A stretch of 64,000 nucleotides of DNA from assembly GCA_004764695.1 (NCBI GenBank), contig SMSO01000031.1, forward strand, positions 6,802,761-6,866,760. The letters are read 5' to 3'. This DNA comes from Schizochytrium sp. TIO01. Taxonomy: Eukaryota; Protista; Bigyra: Labyrinthulomycetes. The stretch's first letter is position 1. The number at the start of each line of letters is the position of its first letter. The translations under genes and the position numbers were made by a program. Positions 46,019 to 57,235 of the stretch are shown piece after piece. The notes under the pieces were generated by a model that worked only from the letters and a program-made list of their open reading frames with translations, did not search any database and was not told where the DNA came from.

Positions 46019-47086
46019 TCATGGGGCAACGGGAATGGCAGTCGCAGGATTTTGTGCTTCAAAAAATTCGCGCATGAGCTTATTCTTTGCATAAATATAC
46101 CTCCTTGTGTATTCTTTGGAGCGTTGCCTCTCATGCATAATCGAGCGTGCTGCCTCACGCACACGTTCTGCCTCCACACGAGTGGTTCTTTCAGCTTCTG
46201 CAATACGCGCTTTCTCTTCTTGTACGCGTAGACGTGCGCGCCGAATCTGGATTTGGATCTTTTTGCGCTGTTCCTCCTTTTCACATGCACTCAAGTTACT
46301 TCCTGAGCTGTGATAGTTTTGACGGTCATCCTCGGAATAACTATTGTTGTCACGATCAGAGCTAGGCGTTCGTGTTCGCTGACTTACTTTTGAATTTTTG
46401 GGGCTCATATGCAGCAGTTGTCTTCTTCGGGTTGGAGATGATGCTGGAACAGATGACACATCTATGTCAACAGCGCTCGGCCGATTAAGAGGCGAGTTTA
46501 CTGCAAGTGCCGACTTAGCAAACGCGGCGCTCTGCTCTTGCAACGGCGTAATTTTTGTAATCCGTCTTGCCTTTGGAGTGCTTGCACGAGTAAGCCCAAA
46601 GTTGCTTCGCCTTTGCTTGGGTTCAATTGCAAGACGAGCAGAACCTGTTTCCTGTTTTTGTGGTTGAACAACTGTTTTTGCTGACTGCCATGCAACGCAA
46701 CTACCTTTGTCCACACTCGCCGCATCAGCAGAAGATGGTCGCATAACGTCAAGTTTTGGAGTAGAGTGTCTCTTTCGTAGCGGAGCATGGGGTCGCATAA
46801 TCTTTTGGCGCTCAGAAAGGCGCCTTTCGTAATCTACTTGTGGTTGGCTTTGAGTTTGTTGCTGCTGACGACGATGCTGCCTTGCCAATGATCGTTGCAG
46901 CTTCACCACAGATTGCCTTCGCGATTGCAATGGCGGTGTTCTTGGCACAGCTAGTCTAATCGAATACGCTTGAAATGCCGATTGCATCGTCGAAGGTGTA
47001 CCACTTCTCTTCGCCATAGGCCACGTGCCTTGGCGTGGCACCCCAGGATATATTGTTGTCCCAGGCAAACATTGTGGCGAAATCAT
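46019..47086 (-). CDS. Hypothetical basic disordered protein with C-terminal coiled coil and SVBP/CCDC23-like motif
   Basis: Frame is open 47227-46019 with first ATG at 47086, so the true 5' end is uncertain. Coiled coil followed by RRYIYAKNKLMRE. Confidence 0.7.
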   Translation of the reverse strand: MISPQCLPGTTIYPGVPRQGTWPMAKRSGTPSTMQSAFQAYSIRLAVPRTPPLQSRRQSVVKLQRSLARQHRRQQQQTQSQPQVDYERRLSERQKIMRPHAPLRKRHSTPKLDVMRPSSADAASVDKGSCVAWQSAKTVVQPQKQETGSARLAIEPKQRRSNFGLTRASTPKARRITKITPLQEQSAAFAKSALAVNSPLNRPSAVDIDVSSVPASSPTRRRQLLHMSPKNSKVSQRTRTPSSDRDNNSYSEDDRQNYHSSGSNLSACEKEEQRKKIQIQIRRARLRVQEEKARIAEAERTTRVEAERVREAARSIMHERQRSKEYTRRYIYAKNKLMREFFEAQNPATAIPVAP

Positions 47087-48131
47087 ATTCTCTTTAATGT
47101 TTCCCAAAACCTCCTTGACCAAGCTCTCGTGCAACTGGTTCTTTAAAGCTTGATTCCGTGCACGCGCTACACTCGAAAACCCGAACTCTTCGTTCAAGAA
47201 AAGTACTTGATCGTCGCAGGAGACCAATCAGGCGAGTAAAGAGTACTGCTAAGCTAGCAAACTGCAAGTGGCACCACAAGGCACATTGGCGGCGACACCG
47301 AAACAAGGCCGGCCTGCCGCCGCGAGAAGCGAAGCGCAACTGGACGCAATGTGCTGCTCGCAGGAGTGGACGCTGCCACTCGCAGGCTATAATCTTGCGA
47401 ATGGACTCCGCGCTTGTCCAGTGTGTGCGGGGACCTAGGTGTGCACCAAAAAACTGTCAGAAATGACGACTCTGTCACTTAGTGGGGGTCAGCGAGCCAT
47501 ACGTGCGTTCACAGAAGGAATCCCGGGAGAGAAGGCTTTAACGTAGGTTGATACTGGGTGTGAGAACCACATTGCGAAATATTTCGTATTTCTATTTCGT
47601 ATATGTAGACGCGTCTTTCGTGAGTGCAAGACCGCGCAATATTTTCTTTCTTTTCAGTTAAAACAAAAGAAACTAGAATCAAGTGGAAAGCCTATTGTTC
47701 GGCGCAACAGGTACAAGTGTTGTAAAGTTTCGGCAGAGATGCAGTAACGGAACAAAAAAAAGAAGTAACTTTGTAGTTGATCTTGCGACAAGAAGAGTGA
47801 ACGGGGGGGGGGTTGTAGCAGTGATATTATTTGCGACGAGGCACCATATTTAAATACTTGTTTAATATGTAAACAAACTGAGTCAAATAGAAATTGTGTA
47901 CGTACTTTATTTTAAAAAAGAAGGATGAAGAACACTTGGCTGGTTATGCAGTCCCCCGATTGGTCCTTTCTTTGGGTCCATAGTGGGAGTATACTTCCCC
48001 AGAATAGTTATAAACTATTGATGATGGTGTCTTGTCATGACGAAGGAAAATTGATATTTTAGGGGAACACGCTGCTCCAGATATGACATGATTGACAAAT
48101 TAACATTTTTCTGTAATAGTTTTTGTCTACA

Positions 48132-49183
48132 TCACGGGTCAAGAGTAATGTTGATTGCACTGCTGGTCGAAGATCGTTCATTATCAAGATCACATGTGCA
48201 GAAAGGTGATTGACAACAATTTTGGCGGCAGGAGCTTGTTGTGCAAGTCGTGAATGCACCAGAGTTACAGTCATCACACCCAGGCAATGCATTGGCACCA
48301 TCAATATTCCAGCACTGCGCTTTTGACTCTGCTTGAGCATTCATACAGCCGTAAGCCTGACCTTTATACTTGGGACACCAAACGCATCTATTTTTTATTT
48401 TTCAACAGAGTGATGAACAAATAAACATAATAAGGTCAGTCATATGCTACAAATAGATATTAAATGCGATGTCTTTCTGCACTTACTCATAGAAATCATT
48501 GCTCTTTGCTTCACAGTTCTTCTTATTGTTTTTTAGCGGATTGCTGCAAGGCGATTTGTAGCAACCGGGTGCGTTAACTCCGTTGATAGCCTGGTTTTGG
48601 GCTTTTGTGTACCAGACACAGCGCCCACCAGTATTTTGGATTGTGCAAAGTCCATTATTGATGCTTTAAAGGGGTGCGAATAGATAGAAAAATAATTTCA
48701 CGTTAGTTTAGTTATACATATAGATATGAATTGTTTCAAACTTACCGATAGCACGGGTTGCTACGAAGATACACGATTTTAAGCATCATAAGTGAGGCAA
48801 TTTCTTGTTAATGTTGATGTTTAATAGTTTTCCATGATAAATCAGCAATAGAGAAACTTGATAACTTACGCCATACATACGTTTGCTCCGCTCAGGTGCC
48901 ACCAGGAGCAAGCCTTGTTAGATGCACAACTATCATAGTTCTGCATTTCTGGTGCTGAGCAGTTTACTCCCCCTTGGCCGGTGACTTCTGCTTCATTGAG
49001 ACATGCAGAGAAGGACGGTTTGAAGTCAAGGCCATAAATGTATTCGCAAATCTCTGGTACTTCACTTGTCTTTCTTGCCCGGCCTCCAAGCTTCGTTAAA
49101 ACACCAGCACGATGACCACCTGCATGCGTCGTATGAGCAAGTGTTAAAAACAGACATGCAACACTGATAAGATAAGACACCAT
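48132..49183 (-). CDS. Secreted cysteine-rich protein, paralogue A; exons 49183-48870, 48760-48746, 48663-48487, 48387-48132 (253 aa)
   Basis: All introns have GTAAG donors and AG acceptors. Joined exons give one open frame: signal peptide, GGRARK, then ...GANVCM-ANPCY-RINNGLCTIQNTGGRCVWY...FY-ECVWCPKY...CCQSPFCTCDL. Exon structure is identical to the neighbouring paralogue. Confidence 0.88.
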
Positions 49184-50329
49184 TATGTGTTTGTCCTGAA
49201 GACTTAAGAAGTAAGCTTTGACAAACTAGATTGGAAACTGAAGATGCCAAAGACTTTGATGCTTTCCAAACTGATCTCAAGTTGAAGCTCTTAGCCTACC
49301 TTGAGCTCCTCGTTGCCGGGTAGTTCACTTCGATTCTCCAATGCTTAGTTTCGAGGGGGCGCGATTCGGGTTTGCTTGAAGACACCCAACTCGATCAAGG
49401 TGCTGCATAGTGACACTAAAGTATTTGCACTGTGGCCACCAGAAAGGCCGTTGTTCGGTGGCCTCCCCCCTAACACGGAGACGCGTTTTCAGTTATTTTC
49501 TTAACAACCTAATGTACACCAAAAAGGCGTTAATTGCATCTGCATCTGTCTATGGCGAGGCCTTTCTTGCAAGCACCGCCCTGAAGATACTCTACTAACA
49601 GAATCACGAGCAACCTTGCAACGGTAGAATAGGGACTCTGAACACTTTAAGCTTCATTCTATATTCCTCTACTACCCCCCTCAATTCTTTATATTTCTAT
49701 ATTTCAGAGGGGAAAAACATGCAACTCCCAATTTTTATGTCCTCCAAGCAAGATTCCACAAACCTTTACCCACAAAGAGGAGAAAGAAACCCGCGATAGC
49801 AAACTCGCCAGGCTGAAATCAGTATGGTAAGGCACATATGAAAGCTGGTCGGGACATTGGTCAGTCGGGTTTATCAGAGAAAATTATGGATTATTTCTGG
49901 GCACAAGCTTTTAAATTTATTTTTCTAATAAAATAAACGGCGTACGCAAGTACCTAGTTTTAATATGGAGATGAGGGGCATTAATGAGTTTTTGCTCGTC
50001 TAAAGTATTGGCGGAGATTGGGTGCGCTATAATTATAGAGTCACGGGAGTCAGGCCAAAAGAGATGCGAGGTTTGGTCAACTCCGCAACAGTCGACTTTT
50101 GGAATTGCGTAAGAGGGTTGAGCCCCCGTGAAAAAGGTTTTTGGATGATGATTTCATATTTTTTAATTTCTTATTTCTTTCCTTCTGTTGTTTATTGATC
50201 GATCAACCCACCGCGGCCAATCCGAACGAGGCGCAGAAGAATAGAAATAGGTATGTCAGAACAATGGGAAGATAAATCAAGCTTTGATGAATGGAAATTT
50301 CAGCATAAGGATAAAAGTACGAACTTTCC

Positions 50330-51409
50330 TTAGCCATCGATGATGTTGTTGGCAATACCGTTCGGATCTCTTGAGTTGTCTGAGAGATCGCAAGTGCAGA
50401 ATGGAGACTGGCAGCAATTGGACTTGCATCTATCGGATTCGCAAGTCCCGTTGTAGCTCTGAGCACATTTCGTGCAGCCCGGGAGCGCCCCTTCGCCACT
50501 GACGTTCCAGCATTGTGCCGTGGAATTGGCCTTGGCGTTCATGCAGCCATAGGCCTGGCCATCGTATTTCGGGCACCAAGTGCAACTGTAAAACGCAGAT
50601 CATTTGTATAGGAGTGAGTACATTCAGATTATCTCATGCTTGTGAAAATAACATTGCCACAAAATTGAAAGTTTACTTACTCATAGAACTCGTTGCCCTT
50701 TGCTGCACATCCCTTGGGCGTGTTTTCGAGAGGGTTGTGACAGGGTGACTTGTAGCACCCTGGGGCATTAACGCCGTTCACGACAAGATTCTGCTCGCGA
50801 GTGTACCACACGCAGCGTCCACCCGTGTTTTGGATGGTACAAAGCCCATTGTTGATTCTGTTGATTTGATGCATTGAGCCAAATGCGTCTGTCAGGTTTC
50901 GTGCGCCAATTTTGTTTGTTTGTAGATTCGATCATATCATGAGAAATGTGTCATCTTAACTTACCGATAGCATGGGTTTCTGTGTTATAAACAAGATAAT
51001 GGAGTTTTCGAAAGTAGCAGTTGGCCGGGCATGTAACTCTTACTCTTGGTCAGTTGATCTGTGAATTTTAGTGGTGATAAGGTAGTGCGAGACTATCAAA
51101 CTGTTGGAGGGAAACTTACGCCATGCAAACATTAGCTCCATTCAAATGCCACCAGCTGCACTCGAGTCTAGAGGCACATGCATCATAGCTTTGCAGTTCT
51201 GGAGCTGAGCAGTTCGCTCCCTGCTGGGCTGACACGGTTGCCTCATTCATACACTGAGAGAAGTCACCCTTGAATTCGAGGCCATAAATGTACTCACAAA
51301 TTTCGGGGATGTCCTTCGTTCGCGATTTCCGGCCCAAGGAGCGGAGGTGTCCTGCCTCTGTCATGGCAAATAGTGCCATGGACAGAATCGCAAGCAGGAT
51401 CAGCTTCAT
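50330..51409 (-). CDS. Secreted cysteine-rich protein, paralogue B; exons 51409-51120, 50979-50965, 50857-50681, 50585-50330 (245 aa)
   Basis: Signal peptide MKLILLAILSMALFAMTEA, then LGRKSR. GTAAG...AG introns at the same positions and phase as paralogue A; exons 2-4 have the same lengths (15, 177, 256 nt). Confidence 0.88.
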
Positions 51410-53694
51410 GGTTGTATATGCTCTCGTTTTCGCGTTGTTTCACAACAGATATACGTCTCTTGACGTCTTTATAGCTTTCAGATGTTGAAGTTTTGGTTTT
51501 GCTGGCTTATTTTTTATCACTCATGTCCTTTCAGTTACAAAATGTGAAATAATAACTCTTGTTTTCTAATGTTAAGCGGTTTTCCTATCCAAAGTGACTA
51601 TAACACTTTGTCAAGAACTAGCCCTCATTTTCATCGAATTATTCTTTGTAGGTGCTGGTTAAAGAGTGGGATTATTTTTAGGATTTACAAGGTAACGAAG
51701 TTTCCAAAAGCATTAGGTGCGTAAAGAGCTTTTACAAGTCATTCGGTATTCCTGCCAGAGTTTGGAGGTTGTGTAGGGTATGTGGAGCTCTTAACTCATA
51801 ATACAGCGTTATGATGCTTCGCTGGGCTAAGTAAACGTTGCTACATTTCCTCGATCTTTGAAAGGAGAACATCAGTCAAGGAGATTTTAGTAGTTGTACA
51901 TTTGGTATTGCCCGAACCGATTACTCACTACTTTCTTTGTACTTTCGCTAATCCTTCTCAATTCCCTTAATTCAGCGTCCCAATTTCTCTTGCAGGTCGG
52001 TGCTCTAACATATGTGCTGGCTTCGACGTCGGCGGTCGCTTGCGAATATGTGGAATTCTGTGCAAATGCGTTGAGCTCCTGCCTGCGAGGGTCTATTTCT
52101 TTACTGACAGTTACTTAATCTTAGAGACACGTCCATAACTTATCAATAGCTGGCTTAAGAACCTCCTGGTGATAGAGCTTGTAGCGACTCTTGCTTCTGC
52201 CCAATCCCACACTGATTATGACTGTCATGGAGTGCCTATTGAATTCCATAATAAAATACGTGGCTATGCTAGTTCTGAATCAGTGTCAATCGTCGCGACT
52301 ATTCATACGCTCTCAATAGACCCCAGTACCTGCTCTTCAACCATACAGAGCTGGGAGTGGCCGTACAACAATACATACAATGCTAGGTAGCGTTGTCATA
52401 ACGCGCGGCCCTCGCATGCGCGAGCCTTCTGCAGCGATACAAATGAGCCCCCGGGCGTACCCCACTTTGCTGGCTAAGAGATGCTGGCGAACTCCGCAGC
52501 GCCTGTTCAGTTGAGTGCCTGAGGGCTTGATTACGTTAAATTATAGTAGTATTATAGCTTAACGCTTTCCGAGGGTCAAATGTTTGCACGTGAACCCCGG
52601 CACGGCTTGGACTAGCCAGAATTGATAACCTCAGAAGGACACCAATCTCTGCAAGGGATAATTTGAAGTCGGAGCGATGCGCTCCAGGGCCTATGTCTTG
52701 ACTTTCTATATGCTGTGATGATATTTGATAAAAATCTGATAGTTTACTCGGTGCACACCGCGGCTCCATTCTCATCTATAGTTAACCTTATTACTGCTTT
52801 AACTGATACATCTGTTCCTTTTCAGTTTATACTTGTTGCGCTGCGGGAAAATGCCCATGCTTTGAATGATTGAGATGCCAATAACAGGAGAAAGAAAACA
52901 GGGCTAACCAACGAGATAGTTAACTGACATCTGAAATCAACTGCAACGCATTAGAAGTGCTGCATTAAAAGTATTAATAGTGGGTAGCGACTATAATTTA
53001 CTTAATCCTCCTAGTAGTACTTATGAATCCATATTTTTTCTTACTTTTTTTATTTTAAAAAGCTAAAACGTCAATTTCTTATCCAATGCGGAAAGCTAAA
53101 CTGTAAGGCTACTATGTACGAAGGAATGTGTAATCATGAGGGTTGTTATATGCATGTGAATCTAGGGGTGGTAGGAATGGCATAACATCACTACTCTTAA
53201 AGCTCGGTTTTCTTGGCAAACGTATCTATATGTTTGTTAAGCCAGAGTAATGCATGCTTTTTCCTATTCATCACTTGAAAAAAAAAAAGTAGAATGTAGT
53301 TTGGGTACCATTATGACCAAACTCACAATATTTACACAAGAGTCTCCAATCTTTTTCTTCTTTTTTTTTCTTTTTTTTTAAAATTACTACCAGCAAGGAA
53401 GATTCCCACTCATCTACGATCTGCAGATGATCTTCGAAGAAGAGCGGTTTCAATTTCGATCGGGAAACAAGTCTTAAAAATTCGAAACAAGAAAACTTAA
53501 TCGGGGAGACCACTAGAGTGAAAAATGAGCTAAGGTCTGCGCTAAAATTTTGGGAAGATTGCAGTGTTAGAGTGGCGTATGGTACACTAAGTTAGTACAA
53601 GTGGTCAGGCTGAAAAGCCCACACTTTCTGATAGTATTTGAAGACGCCAAACTGCTCACGTGCTCTTCCCTGTCTGCAAACCGGCCCTGAATCA

Positions 53695-53698
<4 letters not shown>

Positions 53699-53731
<33 letters not shown>
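53699..53731. repeat. (AT)n microsatellite
   Basis: Visible dinucleotide repeat. Confidence 0.9.
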
Positions 53732-53735
<4 letters not shown>

Positions 53736-53989
53736 CTGCTCAAAGATGGATGTGGTCAACTAGGGCGGGGCAAAGAACATGAAGGCCAGATGCTTGAGAA
53801 AGGTTTGAAAATTACCAATCTGCTGTCTTTGGGATTCAGTTCCAAGGTGAACTAAACGACGTAAAAATTAAGAGACTAAAACAGATCTGATCTGTTCAAG
53901 GCACAGTTAAAGAAGTTACTTTGACTTGTCTCTTCAATTGCTAATTCACATTTCACCATATCTAATTCTAACGGATGCTTTAAAAGACC

Positions 53990-55200
53990 TCGTGTATCGT
54001 GAGTTCGGCAGTACCCATCTGGTTGTCTAGTTACGTTCCTATGTAAGTCCTAAATCCTTGAGGGCTTAAGATAGAACGTCATGAGCTCTAGCAATATAGC
54101 TTCCTGGAGGATAAGTCTAATTAGTTAAAGATTAATGAAGGCAAGGGACTTGACGAAGTCTCTAAGATGGCTTAAGAAGACATAACCATTCATGGCTTTA
54201 AGATTTAGCCATGGAACCTGTGTCTTGAAATCTTAGCCAACCTCATTAAATTAGAAACGTAACTTTGTTGGAGGAGAGCAGACCGTTGGCTCTAAATCGT
54301 TGAGATTTAAGGCTCCAGTGCCTCGTTGGATGTACTTTTTGTGCTCAAATATCCTACCTTTGTTTTGCTAGTCGATCTCAAGCTAATCAGAGCTTTTGGT
54401 TTCTCTTTTGCTGCAGGAGAAATTTTTCCCAGGCTGGGACGTCCAATCGAAGGAGCTAGCGGGCAAGACATTGGCAGAGTTATAGGAATTCCATTGCATA
54501 GCCTCATGGATTTATGGCTTACACATGAGTTGAACTAGCCAAATAGCCTTGTGTAGTTGCAAATCCATGAACCGAGACTTGGACAAAAGACTTTATCAGT
54601 AGTTCCTGTTGTCAATTCTATCTATTCTTTTTCTTCATCTCTCTACCAACGCTACTCTTGGTGATCGCCTCACGCTAACTTGCAATCATAATTCTAGAGT
54701 TTAGGTATTGCTGAGTTCTCCGATCGAAGGAACTAGTGGATAGGTTTTTGCTAAAATCCTTGGCATCCTTTGTAAAGAGCTAAAATAGACATAGGGCTTA
54801 CAATAGTACAGAACTAGACACCCAGACTTTTGTGGTTGCTGAAGTCAAGAACCAAATGTGTGATTAGACATTAACTAGATCCAAGTATAATATAACTTGA
54901 ATTGATGGTTAAAGAAGTTGGATCAACCTAACCCCGTCAAGTATCTATAGCACAGTTCAAGAATGTCTTAGCATCCTAATTGCTACATGAATCAGTCTGC
55001 CCTGGGATTAATTTCCAGGACAGTAGTTCGCTAAGTCTTAAATTCAACCTTCATCACGACTCTTGCCTTCATCTTTACAGACAACCTACAGCTGACCAGA
55101 TTCATCTTACAGCAGGTACCAATACTTTGCTATTAAGTCACGATTGCTTCCGCACGGGTTCCGAAATTCCGCTAGCCCTTCCTTTATGCTAACATTAGTT
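53990..55200 (+). pseudogene. Possible decayed repeat-protein (LRR-like) gene
   Basis: Duplicated motif PIEGASGQDIGRVIGI (~54443) and PIEGTSG*VFAKILGI (~54720), plus EILANLIKLET*L. Many stops. Confidence 0.2.
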
Positions 55201-55846
55201 CTTGAAATTTTCGTTTTGCTTGCTGAGGAATCTAGAGTCGGATTGTGTTTTGTATCTTCTCTTAGATTGTGAATTCTGCAGTCGTTGTTTGTATTAGATA
55301 GAGTACATACTCGATGGATTAATGATTTTCCTTTAATGTTTTAATATTCATAGTTTGATTCTTTTCATGTAGAAAGGGGGAAGGGTGGATCCTCGAAAGT
55401 GCAACGAATCTATTTAATATCGAGAAAAGAACGTTTTTGTCTTCAAACAAAATAAGCGCGTCGATTGACTTTGAACAAGCCAAAAGAAGTACACTAATTG
55501 ACTATACTTTTTAAAGGTATCATGTTAAAATTTGATTTGAACAAATTTTAAGGTGCATTATATAGCAAGGCAAAGTCTAAAGTCAATCAGTACTTCATGC
55601 CTGGTATATGTTTAATAAAAACATAAAATAAAAAATTGCCTAGGTCTAGGCTGCTGCACCACAAAGTAGAGTAAGATAAACATATAGAATGTTAAAACCA
55701 TGCCTGTGATGCGCACAATCTGTGCGTGAGTAAATGGAAAGCATACACAATAACACGATTGTGCCAGATCGAGCACGGAAGCGGCTTGACCGAAAACAAT
55801 TGAGAGCCCGTTTACTGATACTAGAAGTGTGTCCACAGTTATCGAT

Positions 55847-57235
55847 TTAGCAATGCCCCAACTTTCTAGGCACCATATTGAGCGACACAGCTGTTGAATA
55901 CCAGTAAAACCCAATTGGGCCACATCTTTTCCCGCAACATTGTGTCGTGCAGTTTTTATTGTCAGAATAATCAGAAAGCATCTTACGTAATTTGCTCGAT
56001 TTCGTAGTTTTCTGATTTGGAGAAACAAAGTCGAGTTCAATATCAGGACCCAAGTCTAACGGGATGTTGCGTGCATCGGCTTGTTGTTTGAAGAGATACC
56101 TGGCAAAGTTGTAAAGCTCAATATCAAACTGATTTGTAGCATGAAACCATCTCGCAAAAGATAAGAGTTCAGGCCTCTTTGCAGATTCTTTCTCAACTCG
56201 TTCAAGCACAGACATACCTCCATGGCTGGTGCCCTTGTGTTTCATAAAGTTCTTTTCAGGTTTCATCTTCCATTGCAAGTGGTCATGGATGAGAGTGATT
56301 GTCTCCACAAAATGCTCAAGGATACCAACAACAGCGAATGTGGACTCGAGGCGTCGCTTTGCAATGTCTAGGTGCTCATCAGTGAGCTTTCCGAAAGGAA
56401 CTTGCGCACAAGCAGGTCCGCATACTGCACGTGTCTGCCAGTTATCAGGGGTTGAGAGAGCAAAATATGTTCGTGCTCTAGATGCTACTTCCAGATCCTG
56501 GTTGCGGACTTTAAGTTCTTGAGCTGAAGGGATACCATCAGCGTATCTGCAGCGGTAAAGCTCCTCATTTCGCATTAATCGCTGCAAGCCCTGGTCCATT
56601 GCCATATCAAAGTGTGATTCCATACGTGCTAGCGGATTGCGAAGCATTGTAATATACACTAAGTCGTCACTCATGGGAGTGCTCTCTACAAGCATCCACT
56701 CGTTCGCAACAAACGTAACATTCTGCGATTTAAAATTCCCGTAGGTATTTTCAACCACATCTTTGCTTCCTGAAGCAAGTTTGAGGCGAGTAGTGCGACT
56801 TTTCGCGTTGCAGTTTCCACCGAAAGACTTTTCATCGTTCAATCTAGCGAGGTAGCACATCGTGGATCCGCCACCTTTGTGAATATGCAAAAAGACCGCG
56901 AGTTTATCGCGTTGCCTCGCACCGATAGGTTCGTCTTTGCTTATCGCTGTTTTGCTTGGTGTGATACTGATGCCTTCCTCAAGCATGTCATCTTTGAGTT
57001 CTTCATTATAAAACGATTCTTCAGCTTCCGCGCTATTCGCGAGCGCAGGATCGCTGTTGGATGTGATGAGCAGTGTGATGTTTTCGATAGAAGACGAGGA
57101 GGAGTTTCGCATCATGATTACATATATAACTAAACCAAACCATGCTCCAATGATAAAGGCGCGATAGTTGACTAGAAATTCTCGTATGCGTGCCTGAGGC
57201 GAATTTTGGTGCTCCTTAGTGGATTTTACCTTCAT
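55847..57235 (-). CDS. Type II membrane (Golgi-type) sulfotransferase, Sulfotransfer_2 / Gal-3-O-ST-like
   Basis: N-terminal TM (AFIIGAWFGLVIYVIM), 5'-PSB FLHIHKGGGST, 3'-PB YITMLRNPLARMESHF, AVVGILEHF and NQFDIELYNFA. Confidence 0.9.
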   Translation of the reverse strand: MKVKSTKEHQNSPQARIREFLVNYRAFIIGAWFGLVIYVIMMRNSSSSSIENITLLITSNSDPALANSAEAEESFYNEELKDDMLEEGISITPSKTAISKDEPIGARQRDKLAVFLHIHKGGGSTMCYLARLNDEKSFGGNCNAKSRTTRLKLASGSKDVVENTYGNFKSQNVTFVANEWMLVESTPMSDDLVYITMLRNPLARMESHFDMAMDQGLQRLMRNEELYRCRYADGIPSAQELKVRNQDLEVASRARTYFALSTPDNWQTRAVCGPACAQVPFGKLTDEHLDIAKRRLESTFAVVGILEHFVETITLIHDHLQWKMKPEKNFMKHKGTSHGGMSVLERVEKESAKRPELLSFARWFHATNQFDIELYNFARYLFKQQADARNIPLDLGPDIELDFVSPNQKTTKSSKLRKMLSDYSDNKNCTTQCCGKRCGPIGFYWYSTAVSLNMVPRKLGHC

